NCBI GenBank assembly: GCA_964613525.1
Contig: CAZTIN010000001.1
Location: 1 to 49,141 of the forward strand
Source: an uncultured Candidatus Saccharibacteria bacterium
GTDB taxonomy: Bacteria > Patescibacteriota > Minisyncoccia > Phycocordibacterales > UBA9973
Direction of reading: 5' to 3'
DNA: 49,141 nt
Shown here: positions 29,401-36,891 of the stretch, piece after piece
Position numbering within the stretch: position 1 is the stretch's first letter
Layout: each line of letters starts with the position of its first letter
Translations under genes and position numbers: made by a program
The notes under the pieces: generated by a model
Databases searched by the model: none
What the model was told of the DNA's origin: nothing
Seen by the model: only the letters and a program-made list of their open reading frames with translations

Positions 29401-29728
29401 TTTCTTGCTCTTTATCAGAGTTAAGAGATTTGTTAGTTAGCTTAACGCGAGCTTTTAACTGTCCTTCGTAAGTAACTTGGTTAAACTTGGCTTCTTCTTC
29501 GCTACATTTTGGCTCAGAAAGAGAAAAAGATACGAAGTTAAGTTCGAACTTTTTACCAGAATAATCTTTAATAGGAGAAAATTCTTTAAAGACTTCTTTA
29601 AGACCTGACTCTACAAGCCATTCAAAAGAAACTAATTGGTTCTCTATAAGAGATGGAAACTCAATCAGAGGCTTCTTGAAGCGTGAGAAAGTTTTTTTCG
29701 TGTTTGTGTTTGTGTGTGCTTTGGACAT
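26450..29728 (-). CDS. rpoB: DNA-directed RNA polymerase subunit beta (compact, 1092 aa)
   Basis: Rif-cluster region [39 protein letters not shown]; C-terminal [18 protein letters not shown]. Confidence 0.97.
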   Translation of the reverse strand: [1092 protein letters not shown]

Positions 29729-29896
29729 ATGCTTTCTTATATTAATAAAACGACAAAAGACGCGGAAGAGAATTCCCCGTTATAATGGTGATTATATTAT
29801 TTGTATCCTTGTCGCATGAGGATAGTATTAGATTGCCCTAGGGCGTTACATGTAATGCCGTGCGTGTAGCCTTTACTCAATCTTTGCACTGCCTAA
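29729..29896 (-). promoter_or_regulatory. Long structured rpoB 5' leader
   Basis: 18-nt near-palindrome GGCGTTACATGTAATGCC (29842-29859) and hairpin TATCCT-9nt-AGGATA (29804-29824). Confidence 0.35.
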
Positions 29897-29925
29897 AATA
29901 TACCAGAAAACCTATGTTTTTGCAA
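29897..29925 (-). promoter_or_regulatory. rpoB-rpoC promoter TTGCAA-17-TGgTATATT, just downstream of the trmD stop codon
   Basis: Minus strand reads TTGCAAaaacataggttttcTGgTATATT; about 165-nt leader to the rpoB ATG. Confidence 0.5.
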
Positions 29926-29931
29926 CCTTGA

Positions 29932-30621
29932 CTATTTGGACTTTTTCCAAACCTCGATTTCCTTATGATTCCCTGACAGGAGCACGTTTGGGACGCGGTG
30001 TTTCTTATTATTATGCAGCAGTACTTCGGGACGGGTGTATATCTCAAAACTTGATACACGCTCTTCTTCACGAGAGTCAAAATTCCCGAGAACACCTGGA
30101 ACTTGTCTACTGATACAGTCAATTAGTACCATGGCTGGTAATTCCCCACCTGTTAACACATAGTCACCGATAGAAATTAGCTCTGTTTTAAGAATTTTAT
30201 CTACCCTACTGTCTATGCCTTCATAGCGGCCGCATATAAGAATAATGTCAGTGTATGGGGTCTTGCCTACTACTAGCTTCTTAGCATAAGCTGTGTCGAA
30301 TTTTTTACCTGAAGGAGAGAAATTAATTATTTTTACTTTACTAACTTTTTTCCTTGCGATTTTCTTAGTGATACTTTCTACTGCTTTGATTATCGGCTCG
30401 GCCATCATAACCATACCAGGGCCGCCGCCATAAGGACGCTCGTCTATTTGCTGAGAAATATTTCCATCTGGCCAGACTTTCTTATACTTACCAGTTACAA
30501 ATTTGCGAGGGTTAACAAAGTTAACTTTGATCTTCTTACCCTTTATCGCCCGCGCCAAAATAGACTCGGCCAAATACGAGTCGAGCATCTCTGGGAAAAT
30601 TGTAACTACATGAAAATTCAT
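29932..30621 (-). CDS. trmD: tRNA (guanine37-N1)-methyltransferase
   Basis: MNFHVVTIFPEM..., GGGPGMVM, ICGRYEGIDSRV, GGELPAMVLIDC. The track ORF starts 5 codons earlier (30636). ATG 30621 gives the canonical N-terminus and sits 6 nt after a TATATT box. Confidence 0.88.
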   Translation of the reverse strand: MNFHVVTIFPEMLDSYLAESILARAIKGKKIKVNFVNPRKFVTGKYKKVWPDGNISQQIDERPYGGGPGMVMMAEPIIKAVESITKKIARKKVSKVKIINFSPSGKKFDTAYAKKLVVGKTPYTDIILICGRYEGIDSRVDKILKTELISIGDYVLTGGELPAMVLIDCISRQVPGVLGNFDSREEERVSSFEIYTRPEVLLHNNKKHRVPNVLLSGNHKEIEVWKKSK

Positions 30622-30642
30622 AAAAATAATATACATTATTAA

Positions 30643-30670
30643 TTGACAAAAAGCTAGGGTATGGTATTTT
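30643..30670 (+). promoter_or_regulatory. Promoter TTGACA-16-TGgTATTTT for the membrane protein gene 30689..31081
   Basis: TTGACAaaaagctagggtaTGgTATTTT; 18 nt to the ATG. Confidence 0.5.
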
Positions 30671-30688
30671 ATACTAAATCAAAAGATC

Positions 30689-31081
30689 ATGGATATTCAA
30701 AAAACAAAAACAACTATAATCAATATTTTTAAAACATTATTCCTTACGATGGTTTTGGCTCTACTATCTGCAGTATTAACAAAGAAAGATATCGCATTCT
30801 ACATTTTTATCTTATCAATTACGAACGTACTGATTATGTTTGTACTGTTCGACAGTTTTTTAGGGTTTTTTTCAGTTGTTATATTCTCAATTTTTATATT
30901 CTTCGGAATATATTTATCGATAACACTACTTTTTCCACCAGCTGAAGATTTTTATAAAAGATTTGATTTATTAATTAAAATTTCTACTATAATTATAATT
31001 CTTATAGTTAGATATTTAATTACTAAAAAGAAGCTTACTTTTTCAACTAGCTTTGAAATCAGTAAAATGCTATTCAACTAA
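30689..31081 (+). CDS. Hypothetical multi-pass membrane protein, 130 aa
   Basis: About four hydrophobic helices. Own TTGACA-16-TATTTT promoter and a bidirectional terminator downstream. Confidence 0.5.
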   Translation: MDIQKTKTTIINIFKTLFLTMVLALLSAVLTKKDIAFYIFILSITNVLIMFVLFDSFLGFFSVVIFSIFIFFGIYLSITLLFPPAEDFYKRFDLLIKISTIIIILIVRYLITKKKLTFSTSFEISKMLFN

Positions 31082-31090
31082 AAACCTACA

Positions 31091-31121
31091 AAAAAAGCCA
31101 ACTGCTAGCAGTTGGCTTTTT
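31091..31121. terminator. Bidirectional terminator between 30689..31081 (+) and the KH gene (-)
   Basis: AAAAGCCAACTGC-ta-GCAGTTGGCTTTT palindrome flanked by A and T runs. Confidence 0.7.
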
Positions 31122-31130
31122 AAATATATT

Positions 31131-31466
31131 TTAAAGACCTTTTAGGTCAGCTAGGGCTTCGTCCATTGTTGCTGACGGATCAGCTGATACTGGAGATTCC
31201 GCATGAGAGCGGCCTTCAGAACCTGCTGGTTCGTTGATCTTTAAGTTAACACGTGAGTTAGTCTTCATCCCAATAACACGAAGTAGTGTACGGATAGCTT
31301 TGGCAGTGTTGCCTTGGCGGCCGATGACCTTACCCATATCAGATGGATTAACAGATAGAGTTAGGAGTACACCCATTTCATCTACTGTCCTAGTAATCAC
31401 CACATCGTTTGGTGAATCCACCAAAGATTTTACTACATAATCTAGAAACGCTTGATCGTTCTGCAT
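31131..31466 (-). CDS. KH-domain RNA-binding protein (YlqC/UPF0109 type) with a C-terminal extension
   Basis: ...DMGKVIGRQGNTAKAIRTLLRV... (GxxG KH motif); located right after rpsP as in many bacteria. Confidence 0.8.
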   Translation of the reverse strand: MQNDQAFLDYVVKSLVDSPNDVVITRTVDEMGVLLTLSVNPSDMGKVIGRQGNTAKAIRTLLRVIGMKTNSRVNLKINEPAGSEGRSHAESPVSADPSATMDEALADLKGL

Positions 31467-31530
31467 AACAGTACTTAATATAAATTATATATTGATAAGG
31501 CTCAATAAGAGCTCTTAAAATTGTAACATA

Positions 31531-31560
31531 CAAAACAAAAACAAGCTATGGAGTTAGCTT
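31531..31560 (-). terminator. Candidate rpsP terminator/attenuator
   Basis: AAGCTA-actcca-TAGCTT followed by GTTTTTGTTTTG on the minus strand; overlaps the stop codon. Confidence 0.45.
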
Positions 31561-31859
31561 GCTTTTGATTCTTTCTTCTTTGTTGTCTTAGACTTTTTCG
31601 GAAGAACATTTCTTTTTTGACCTTCTATTACTCCTTGAGTAATTAGAAAGTTATGAACTGTATCTGAAACCTGAGCACCTTCACTAATACGCTTTAAAAC
31701 TTGTTCTTTATTAATAGAAAAGTTGTTAGCTTTTAGGTCGTAGTTACCTAGGATTTCTATGAACCTACCACTCTTAGCGGCGTTCTTTGAATCAGTCAAA
31801 ACTACACGAAATGCTGGGTTATTCTTGCGTCCAAAACGTTGTAAACGGATCTTTAACAT
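31554..31859 (-). CDS. rpsP: 30S ribosomal protein S16
   Basis: MLKIRLQRFGRKNNPAFRVVLTDSKNAAKSGRFIEILGNYD. Confidence 0.92.
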   Translation of the reverse strand: MLKIRLQRFGRKNNPAFRVVLTDSKNAAKSGRFIEILGNYDLKANNFSINKEQVLKRISEGAQVSDTVHNFLITQGVIEGQKRNVLPKKSKTTKKKESKAS

Positions 31860-31865
31860 GGACCC

Positions 31866-31894
31866 ATCCTATCAGGAAATATGGGACTAGTCAA
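31866..31894 (-). promoter_or_regulatory. rpsP promoter TTGACT-17-TGaTAGGAT, 6 nt before the ATG
   Basis: Minus strand reads TTGACTagtcccatatttccTGaTAGGATgggtccATG. Confidence 0.55.
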
Positions 31895-31926
31895 GTCTCC
31901 TTTTTTAGGTTAATCTATAGATATAT

Positions 31927-33876
31927 ATGCCGAAACAACAAAAACCCAACATTGCCGAAAAGAGACAAAGAAAGAGTCTAGACCGTAAAGAAAAGCTAAA
32001 ATCTCGTAAAGAATCCCCTATTAAAACAAAAACATTGAAAGGTAAAATCCGTATCAGTAAATCTCTGAATGGGTTTATTGACCTACCTGATGGATCATCC
32101 GTTATCATACCCAAAGGTGAACTAGCCACTGCTATAAATGGCGACACTGTAAAGATAGAACTTCTTCCAAAAAGAAAAGACAAGCCAGGTTCCGCTGGTA
32201 AAGTCATAGAAATCGTCAAAAGAGGCACAACACATATAGCTGGTGTAATAGACTGCGAAGGTAAGACTTTTTTCGTAAAACCTATCAAATCTAAATTCCC
32301 TTTTCTTATATACATAGAACCAGGTAAGCTAGAAGCAGCAACATGTGGTACTGCAGTCTTAGCAAAAATAACTTCTTGGCAGAGCGACATACCGGGCAAC
32401 GTCAAAGGTGAAATAGTTAAAACATATGGTCAGCGTGGTCAGCACGAAACTGATATGTCTTTACTGATCGGCGAATCATTGCCGAACTCTGACTTTGAAA
32501 AATCACTCCTAAAAGAAGTCTCAGAACTGAACGACGTAAATGCTGAAGCTGAAATTAAAAAAGGCCGCAGAGATTTCCGTGGCGTAGAAACCTGTACTAT
32601 CGACCCAGAAAGAGCACAGGATTTTGATGATGCACTGTCAGTAAAAGAGAATCCGGATGGTACATGGGATATAGGTATTCATATTGCTGATGTATCCTAC
32701 TATGTTAAAGAAAAAGGTGCTCTTGATATAGAAAGTTATCGCCGCGGCACATCTATATACCTAGTAGACCGCTGTATACCGATGCTACCCGAAAGACTTT
32801 CTAACGACCTATGTTCTCTTCGCGAAGGAGTCGATAGGCTAACAATGAGCGTGGTTGTAACACTGAGACCTGACGCAAGTATTCAGGATTTCTGGATTGG
32901 TGAAGGTGTCATAAATTCTAACAAAAGATTTACCTATGACGAGGTAGATAAAATCTTGGAAGCTAAAAATGGTCTAATGTACAAAGAGCTCTCTACGTTA
33001 ATGGATTTTAGTAAAAAATTAGAATCTGCAAGAATTGCACGCGGAGCTCTTGTATTTAACCGTGATGAAATAAGATTCGTCTTAGACAAAGATGGCAAGC
33101 CAGTAGACATAGTCCGCGAGAAATCCAGCCCATCACACACCCTAATAGAGAGCTTCATGCTACTAGCCAACAAACTAACAGCAGAAAAAATAGAAGATTT
33201 TGCTAGTGGCCAAGGCAAGAAACGTGGTATGTATCGTGTGCACGCAAAGCCTAACGAAACAGCGTTATATGACCTGATGCTATTTGCGAAGCAATTTGGT
33301 ATCCGTATAAATGGCGATACCAAGAAGCCAGTAGAAATATTCAAGAGTATCATGAAGAAAGCATCTGGCATGCCAATAGAGCCTATTATGAACGATATGA
33401 TAATTCGTACACAAGCCAAGGCTCATTATAGTGAAATAAACAGTGGACACTTTGGACTGGCTCTTAATTCATATAACCATTTTACATCACCTATTCGCCG
33501 CTACCCTGACCTAGTAGTACATAGAATCATCAAAGGTTTGATTGAAAATAACAGTCTACCTTATGAGTCAAAAGAATTACACGACATAGCTGAACACGCT
33601 AGTGAAAGAGAAGAAAAAGCTACTGAAGCAGAGCGTGCATCAAATAGATATAAACAAATAGAATTCTTAGAAAAGAATGTAGGTGAAATACGAAAAGGTA
33701 TGCTAGTAGGTCTTACTGAGTACACTCATAAAGTTATAGACCAAGAGACAATGGCAATGGTTTACTGTAAACCAACAGGCGTTAAATTAACTCTCGGCGA
33801 CCAAGTAGAATACAAACTAGAAGTAGCCGACCGTCTGCAAGACGAACTATCTGGAACAATAACAAATAAAATATAA
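31927..33876 (+). CDS. rnr: Ribonuclease R (RNase II/R family)
   Basis: RNB catalytic region TIDPERAQDFDDALSV ... YLVDRCIPMLP ... HFGLALNSYNHFTSPIRRYPDLVVHR, and a C-terminal S1-like domain. Confidence 0.88.
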   Translation: MPKQQKPNIAEKRQRKSLDRKEKLKSRKESPIKTKTLKGKIRISKSLNGFIDLPDGSSVIIPKGELATAINGDTVKIELLPKRKDKPGSAGKVIEIVKRGTTHIAGVIDCEGKTFFVKPIKSKFPFLIYIEPGKLEAATCGTAVLAKITSWQSDIPGNVKGEIVKTYGQRGQHETDMSLLIGESLPNSDFEKSLLKEVSELNDVNAEAEIKKGRRDFRGVETCTIDPERAQDFDDALSVKENPDGTWDIGIHIADVSYYVKEKGALDIESYRRGTSIYLVDRCIPMLPERLSNDLCSLREGVDRLTMSVVVTLRPDASIQDFWIGEGVINSNKRFTYDEVDKILEAKNGLMYKELSTLMDFSKKLESARIARGALVFNRDEIRFVLDKDGKPVDIVREKSSPSHTLIESFMLLANKLTAEKIEDFASGQGKKRGMYRVHAKPNETALYDLMLFAKQFGIRINGDTKKPVEIFKSIMKKASGMPIEPIMNDMIIRTQAKAHYSEINSGHFGLALNSYNHFTSPIRRYPDLVVHRIIKGLIENNSLPYESKELHDIAEHASEREEKATEAERASNRYKQIEFLEKNVGEIRKGMLVGLTEYTHKVIDQETMAMVYCKPTGVKLTLGDQVEYKLEVADRLQDELSGTITNKI

Positions 33877-33878
33877 AT

Positions 33879-33903
33879 AAAACCCGTGATCTTCACGGGT
33901 TTT
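33879..33903. terminator. Bidirectional terminator between rnr (+) and smc (-)
   Basis: AAAACCCGTGA-tct-TCACGGGTTTT. Confidence 0.7.
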
Positions 33904-36181
33904 ATTTTGCTACTTTGATAGCATCACTGAATTCAATTGATAGTAATTTGGATACTGCATCTGATCCCATAGTAACTCCGTATATAGTACCAGCGCGGGA
34001 CATGGTTTCTCTGTTATGTGTGACAACTAGAAGTTGAGTTGATTTCGATAGTCTCTCTAGCATATCACCATAGCGGCGTGAATTAGCTTCATCTAGTGCT
34101 GCATCAGTCTCGTCTAGCACCAGGAATGGTGGTGGGTTAACTTGCGACATTGCAAAAAGTAGCGCAATAGATACAAGAGACCTTTCTCCTCCGGAAAGCA
34201 TGCTGAGCTCTTTAACCTTTTTATTCGGCAGGTCTACATGGATTTCTACACCGCGTTCGAATTTTGGTAAACTACTGTCGTCAGACTCACCTTCTAATGC
34301 TTCTTCGTCTATCTCAAGAGATATATCTTTAGACTTTTTAACTTCTTGAGTTAAAGACAAGAATGCATTTCCTCCGCCGAACATGGCTCTAAAGAAGTTC
34401 CCGAATTCAGAATTAATCTTTTCTATTCCGCGGGCAAATTCCGTCCTGACTGTTTCGCGAAGCTCATTAATAAGTCCAAGTAGCGTCCCAATACTTGCGT
34501 TGACGTCATTTAGCTCTTTGCGTAGATATTCTTCCCTAGTCTTTGTTTCTTCGTATTCTTTTACAATATCACTACTGCTACCACCGCCAATATCTTCAAG
34601 CTTCATACGTAGACGCTCTAGTGCACGTCTTTCAGTATGAAGAGCATCTTTACCCAAAGGCACAGCATCTGAATTTTCATTCTCAAGAGAATATACCAAG
34701 AAAGGTTCGAATATCATCTTCTCTTCTTTTAGCATAAGAATGTCGTTTGAAACACGTTCAAGTTCGTCCATTATGCGCTGTTTCTCAGCTTTGAGTCTGA
34801 CCGCTTCTACACGTGCTTTGTAGCTTTCGGCTTCGTGCATTCTTACATCAGATTCTTTCTTCGCAAGACTGATTCTTATTTCTGATTCGTCTTTTTCTAG
34901 TAGTTTTATTGAGTCTTGATTAGCTTCTATTTGGTTACGTAAATCTTGCTGTAGACTAATAGCATTTTCTAGCTCTTCACTATTGTCTTCTTCTACAGCT
35001 TCATCTTGAGACTCATTTTTAACATCATAAGCTAAAGCAAATTCTTTAGATTTCTTAACCAAAGAAGCCAAAGAATTCTTAATGCTTTCTAAGCTTGATT
35101 CTTCTCTAAGAAGCTCAATTTCGGAATATAGCGTTTCGAAGAAAGATTTAAAATCTTCTTTTTTTATTCTTATTATTTCAGCACTATTTATAGAGTTGTT
35201 TTTCTTAGGTAATTTGAGAGCCTCAATCAGACCTTCGGTGCGTCCTAGGCTACGCTCTAGAGTCTCTCTTGTGCGCATTAGTACGGCCTTCTCACCTATT
35301 AGTCTTTCAAGTGCCCCGCGGAGTTCTATGATTTCTTTATCATCTTCTTTAGTAGTGTCTTCCGCTTGATTATTATCAGGATATTTTACAAGCTCTTCTT
35401 CTATCTTAAAAAGCTCTTTTTCGGCATCATGCTGCCTAACACTGATTATGTCTTTTGCGCTTTTTTCATAGTTAAAATATCTAATAGAAAGCTCACGTCT
35501 TGCTTCTTCAGCTTGGTTTAGTTTTTCAACTTGTTTCTCTAGGAATTTAAGATGTGGTGCTAGTTCGCGTCTTGCGGCTTCTATTTCAGTAATATTTTGT
35601 TTGGATTTTTCTAGTTTACGTTCAGCATCACGAATACGAAGCTCGTATACGCGTAGGCCTAATGCATCGTCTATCATACTGCGACGGTCTTTTGCACTAG
35701 CTGATAGAAGTCTGTCAGCTTCACCTTGGGAAATAATATGATGGCCTGACGCTCCAATATGAACAGAAGAAAGAAGATCAGTTACATCTTTAAGTCTAAC
35801 TTCGCTACCCTGGATACTGTAGACACTCTTTCCGTCAGCGTAAAGTTCGCGAGAAATAGTAACAGTATCAAAATCAAGAGAAATATTTTTACCGGAATCA
35901 CTACTGAGAGACAAAGTTCTTTTCTTGTTATCAAAAACAATACTAACTTTTAGCCTATTTGCTGGAGATGCGCCCTTGGAACCTTTGAATAGTAAATCTG
36001 ACTGCCCTTTACCGCGCAGAGATTTCATAGACTGCTCACCCAGTACGAACCTGATAGATTCTACGACGTTACTCTTACCGGAACCGTTTGGTCCAACAAC
36101 AGAAGTTATAGGTGCATCAATAGAAATAACAGCTTTTTTGCCGAAAGATTTGAAACCTGAAATTTCTAAAGACTTAAGCAT
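33902..36181 (-). CDS. smc: SMC-family chromosome partition ATPase, unusually short (759 aa) with no recognisable hinge
   Basis: N-head LEISGFKSFGKK...VVGPNGSGKSNVVESIRFVLGEQS; C-head LSGGERSLVSIALLFA...FLVLDETDAALD...VVTHNRETMSRAGTIYGVTM; follows rnc as in Firmicutes. Confidence 0.8.
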   Translation of the reverse strand: MLKSLEISGFKSFGKKAVISIDAPITSVVGPNGSGKSNVVESIRFVLGEQSMKSLRGKGQSDLLFKGSKGASPANRLKVSIVFDNKKRTLSLSSDSGKNISLDFDTVTISRELYADGKSVYSIQGSEVRLKDVTDLLSSVHIGASGHHIISQGEADRLLSASAKDRRSMIDDALGLRVYELRIRDAERKLEKSKQNITEIEAARRELAPHLKFLEKQVEKLNQAEEARRELSIRYFNYEKSAKDIISVRQHDAEKELFKIEEELVKYPDNNQAEDTTKEDDKEIIELRGALERLIGEKAVLMRTRETLERSLGRTEGLIEALKLPKKNNSINSAEIIRIKKEDFKSFFETLYSEIELLREESSLESIKNSLASLVKKSKEFALAYDVKNESQDEAVEEDNSEELENAISLQQDLRNQIEANQDSIKLLEKDESEIRISLAKKESDVRMHEAESYKARVEAVRLKAEKQRIMDELERVSNDILMLKEEKMIFEPFLVYSLENENSDAVPLGKDALHTERRALERLRMKLEDIGGGSSSDIVKEYEETKTREEYLRKELNDVNASIGTLLGLINELRETVRTEFARGIEKINSEFGNFFRAMFGGGNAFLSLTQEVKKSKDISLEIDEEALEGESDDSSLPKFERGVEIHVDLPNKKVKELSMLSGGERSLVSIALLFAMSQVNPPPFLVLDETDAALDEANSRRYGDMLERLSKSTQLLVVTHNRETMSRAGTIYGVTMGSDAVSKLLSIEFSDAIKVAK

Positions 36182-36190
36182 AATAAAAAA

Positions 36191-36886
36191 TTAATCGAGC
36201 CAGCCTTTTTTCTCTAGGGCTGCGCGTGCTGCGTTTTGTTCAGCTTCTTGTTTAGAATGGCCTCGACCTTCGGCTATTCTGTCAGTACCAAAGAATATTC
36301 CAATAGTAAAATTCTTATCATGGTCAGGACCCGATTCACTAAGAACTTTATAAGATGGTGTTATAGACATATGTTCTTGAGCTTTTTCCTGCACAAGACT
36401 CTTTGAGTCTCGCCATAGCTTATTGCGGACAATTACATCTATTCTAGGTAGTAAAGTATTTGTGATAAAAGTCTTTGCATTGTCATAGCCGCCGTCTTCA
36501 TAGATTGCACCGACTACTGCTTCGTAAGTATTAGCTAGTATATAAGTACGAGCTTTACCTATATCACGAGTCTCGCCTTTGGATAGTAAAAGATAGTCGC
36601 CCATTGATAGTTCGCCGGCAACTTCGCCAATAATATTGGCGTTTACTAATGCTGACCTATAAGCAGTCAACTCGCCTTCGGGAGAATTAGGATAATTCTT
36701 ATACAGAAAATCTGTAACTATTAATTCTAGAACAGCATCACCTAAAAATTCCAGTCTTTCATTGTGAGGGAGACCAATTTTTGAGTTCTCATTTAAATAA
36801 GAACGGTGAATAAATGCTTGTTTAAGAATATCTTTATTATTAAATTCAATACCGATTGATTTTTCAAATTTACTAAAATCAGACAT
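36191..36886 (-). CDS. rnc: Ribonuclease III
   Basis: Signature NERLEFLGDAVLE and a C-terminal dsRBD (GPDHDKNFTIG...GRGHSKQEAEQNAA). Confidence 0.92.
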   Translation of the reverse strand: MSDFSKFEKSIGIEFNNKDILKQAFIHRSYLNENSKIGLPHNERLEFLGDAVLELIVTDFLYKNYPNSPEGELTAYRSALVNANIIGEVAGELSMGDYLLLSKGETRDIGKARTYILANTYEAVVGAIYEDGGYDNAKTFITNTLLPRIDVIVRNKLWRDSKSLVQEKAQEHMSITPSYKVLSESGPDHDKNFTIGIFFGTDRIAEGRGHSKQEAEQNAARAALEKKGWLD

Positions 36887-36891
36887 GTTTA

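Noticed and set aside
29877-30122. Track ORFs 29877..30122 (-) and 29928..30113 (+)
   Set aside because: They overlap the 3' end of trmD and the rpoB promoter, with no coding signature.
1766-33419. Long antisense or alternative-frame ORFs from the track (e.g. 1766..2236+, 9954..10421+, 10956..11393+, 14618..15133-, 15590..15922-, 26611..26850-, 27273..27632+, 31905..32405-, 32934..33419-)
   Set aside because: Each lies entirely inside a well-supported conserved gene on the other strand or frame. They have low-complexity, Ser/Arg/Leu-rich translations and no promoter or terminator of their own.
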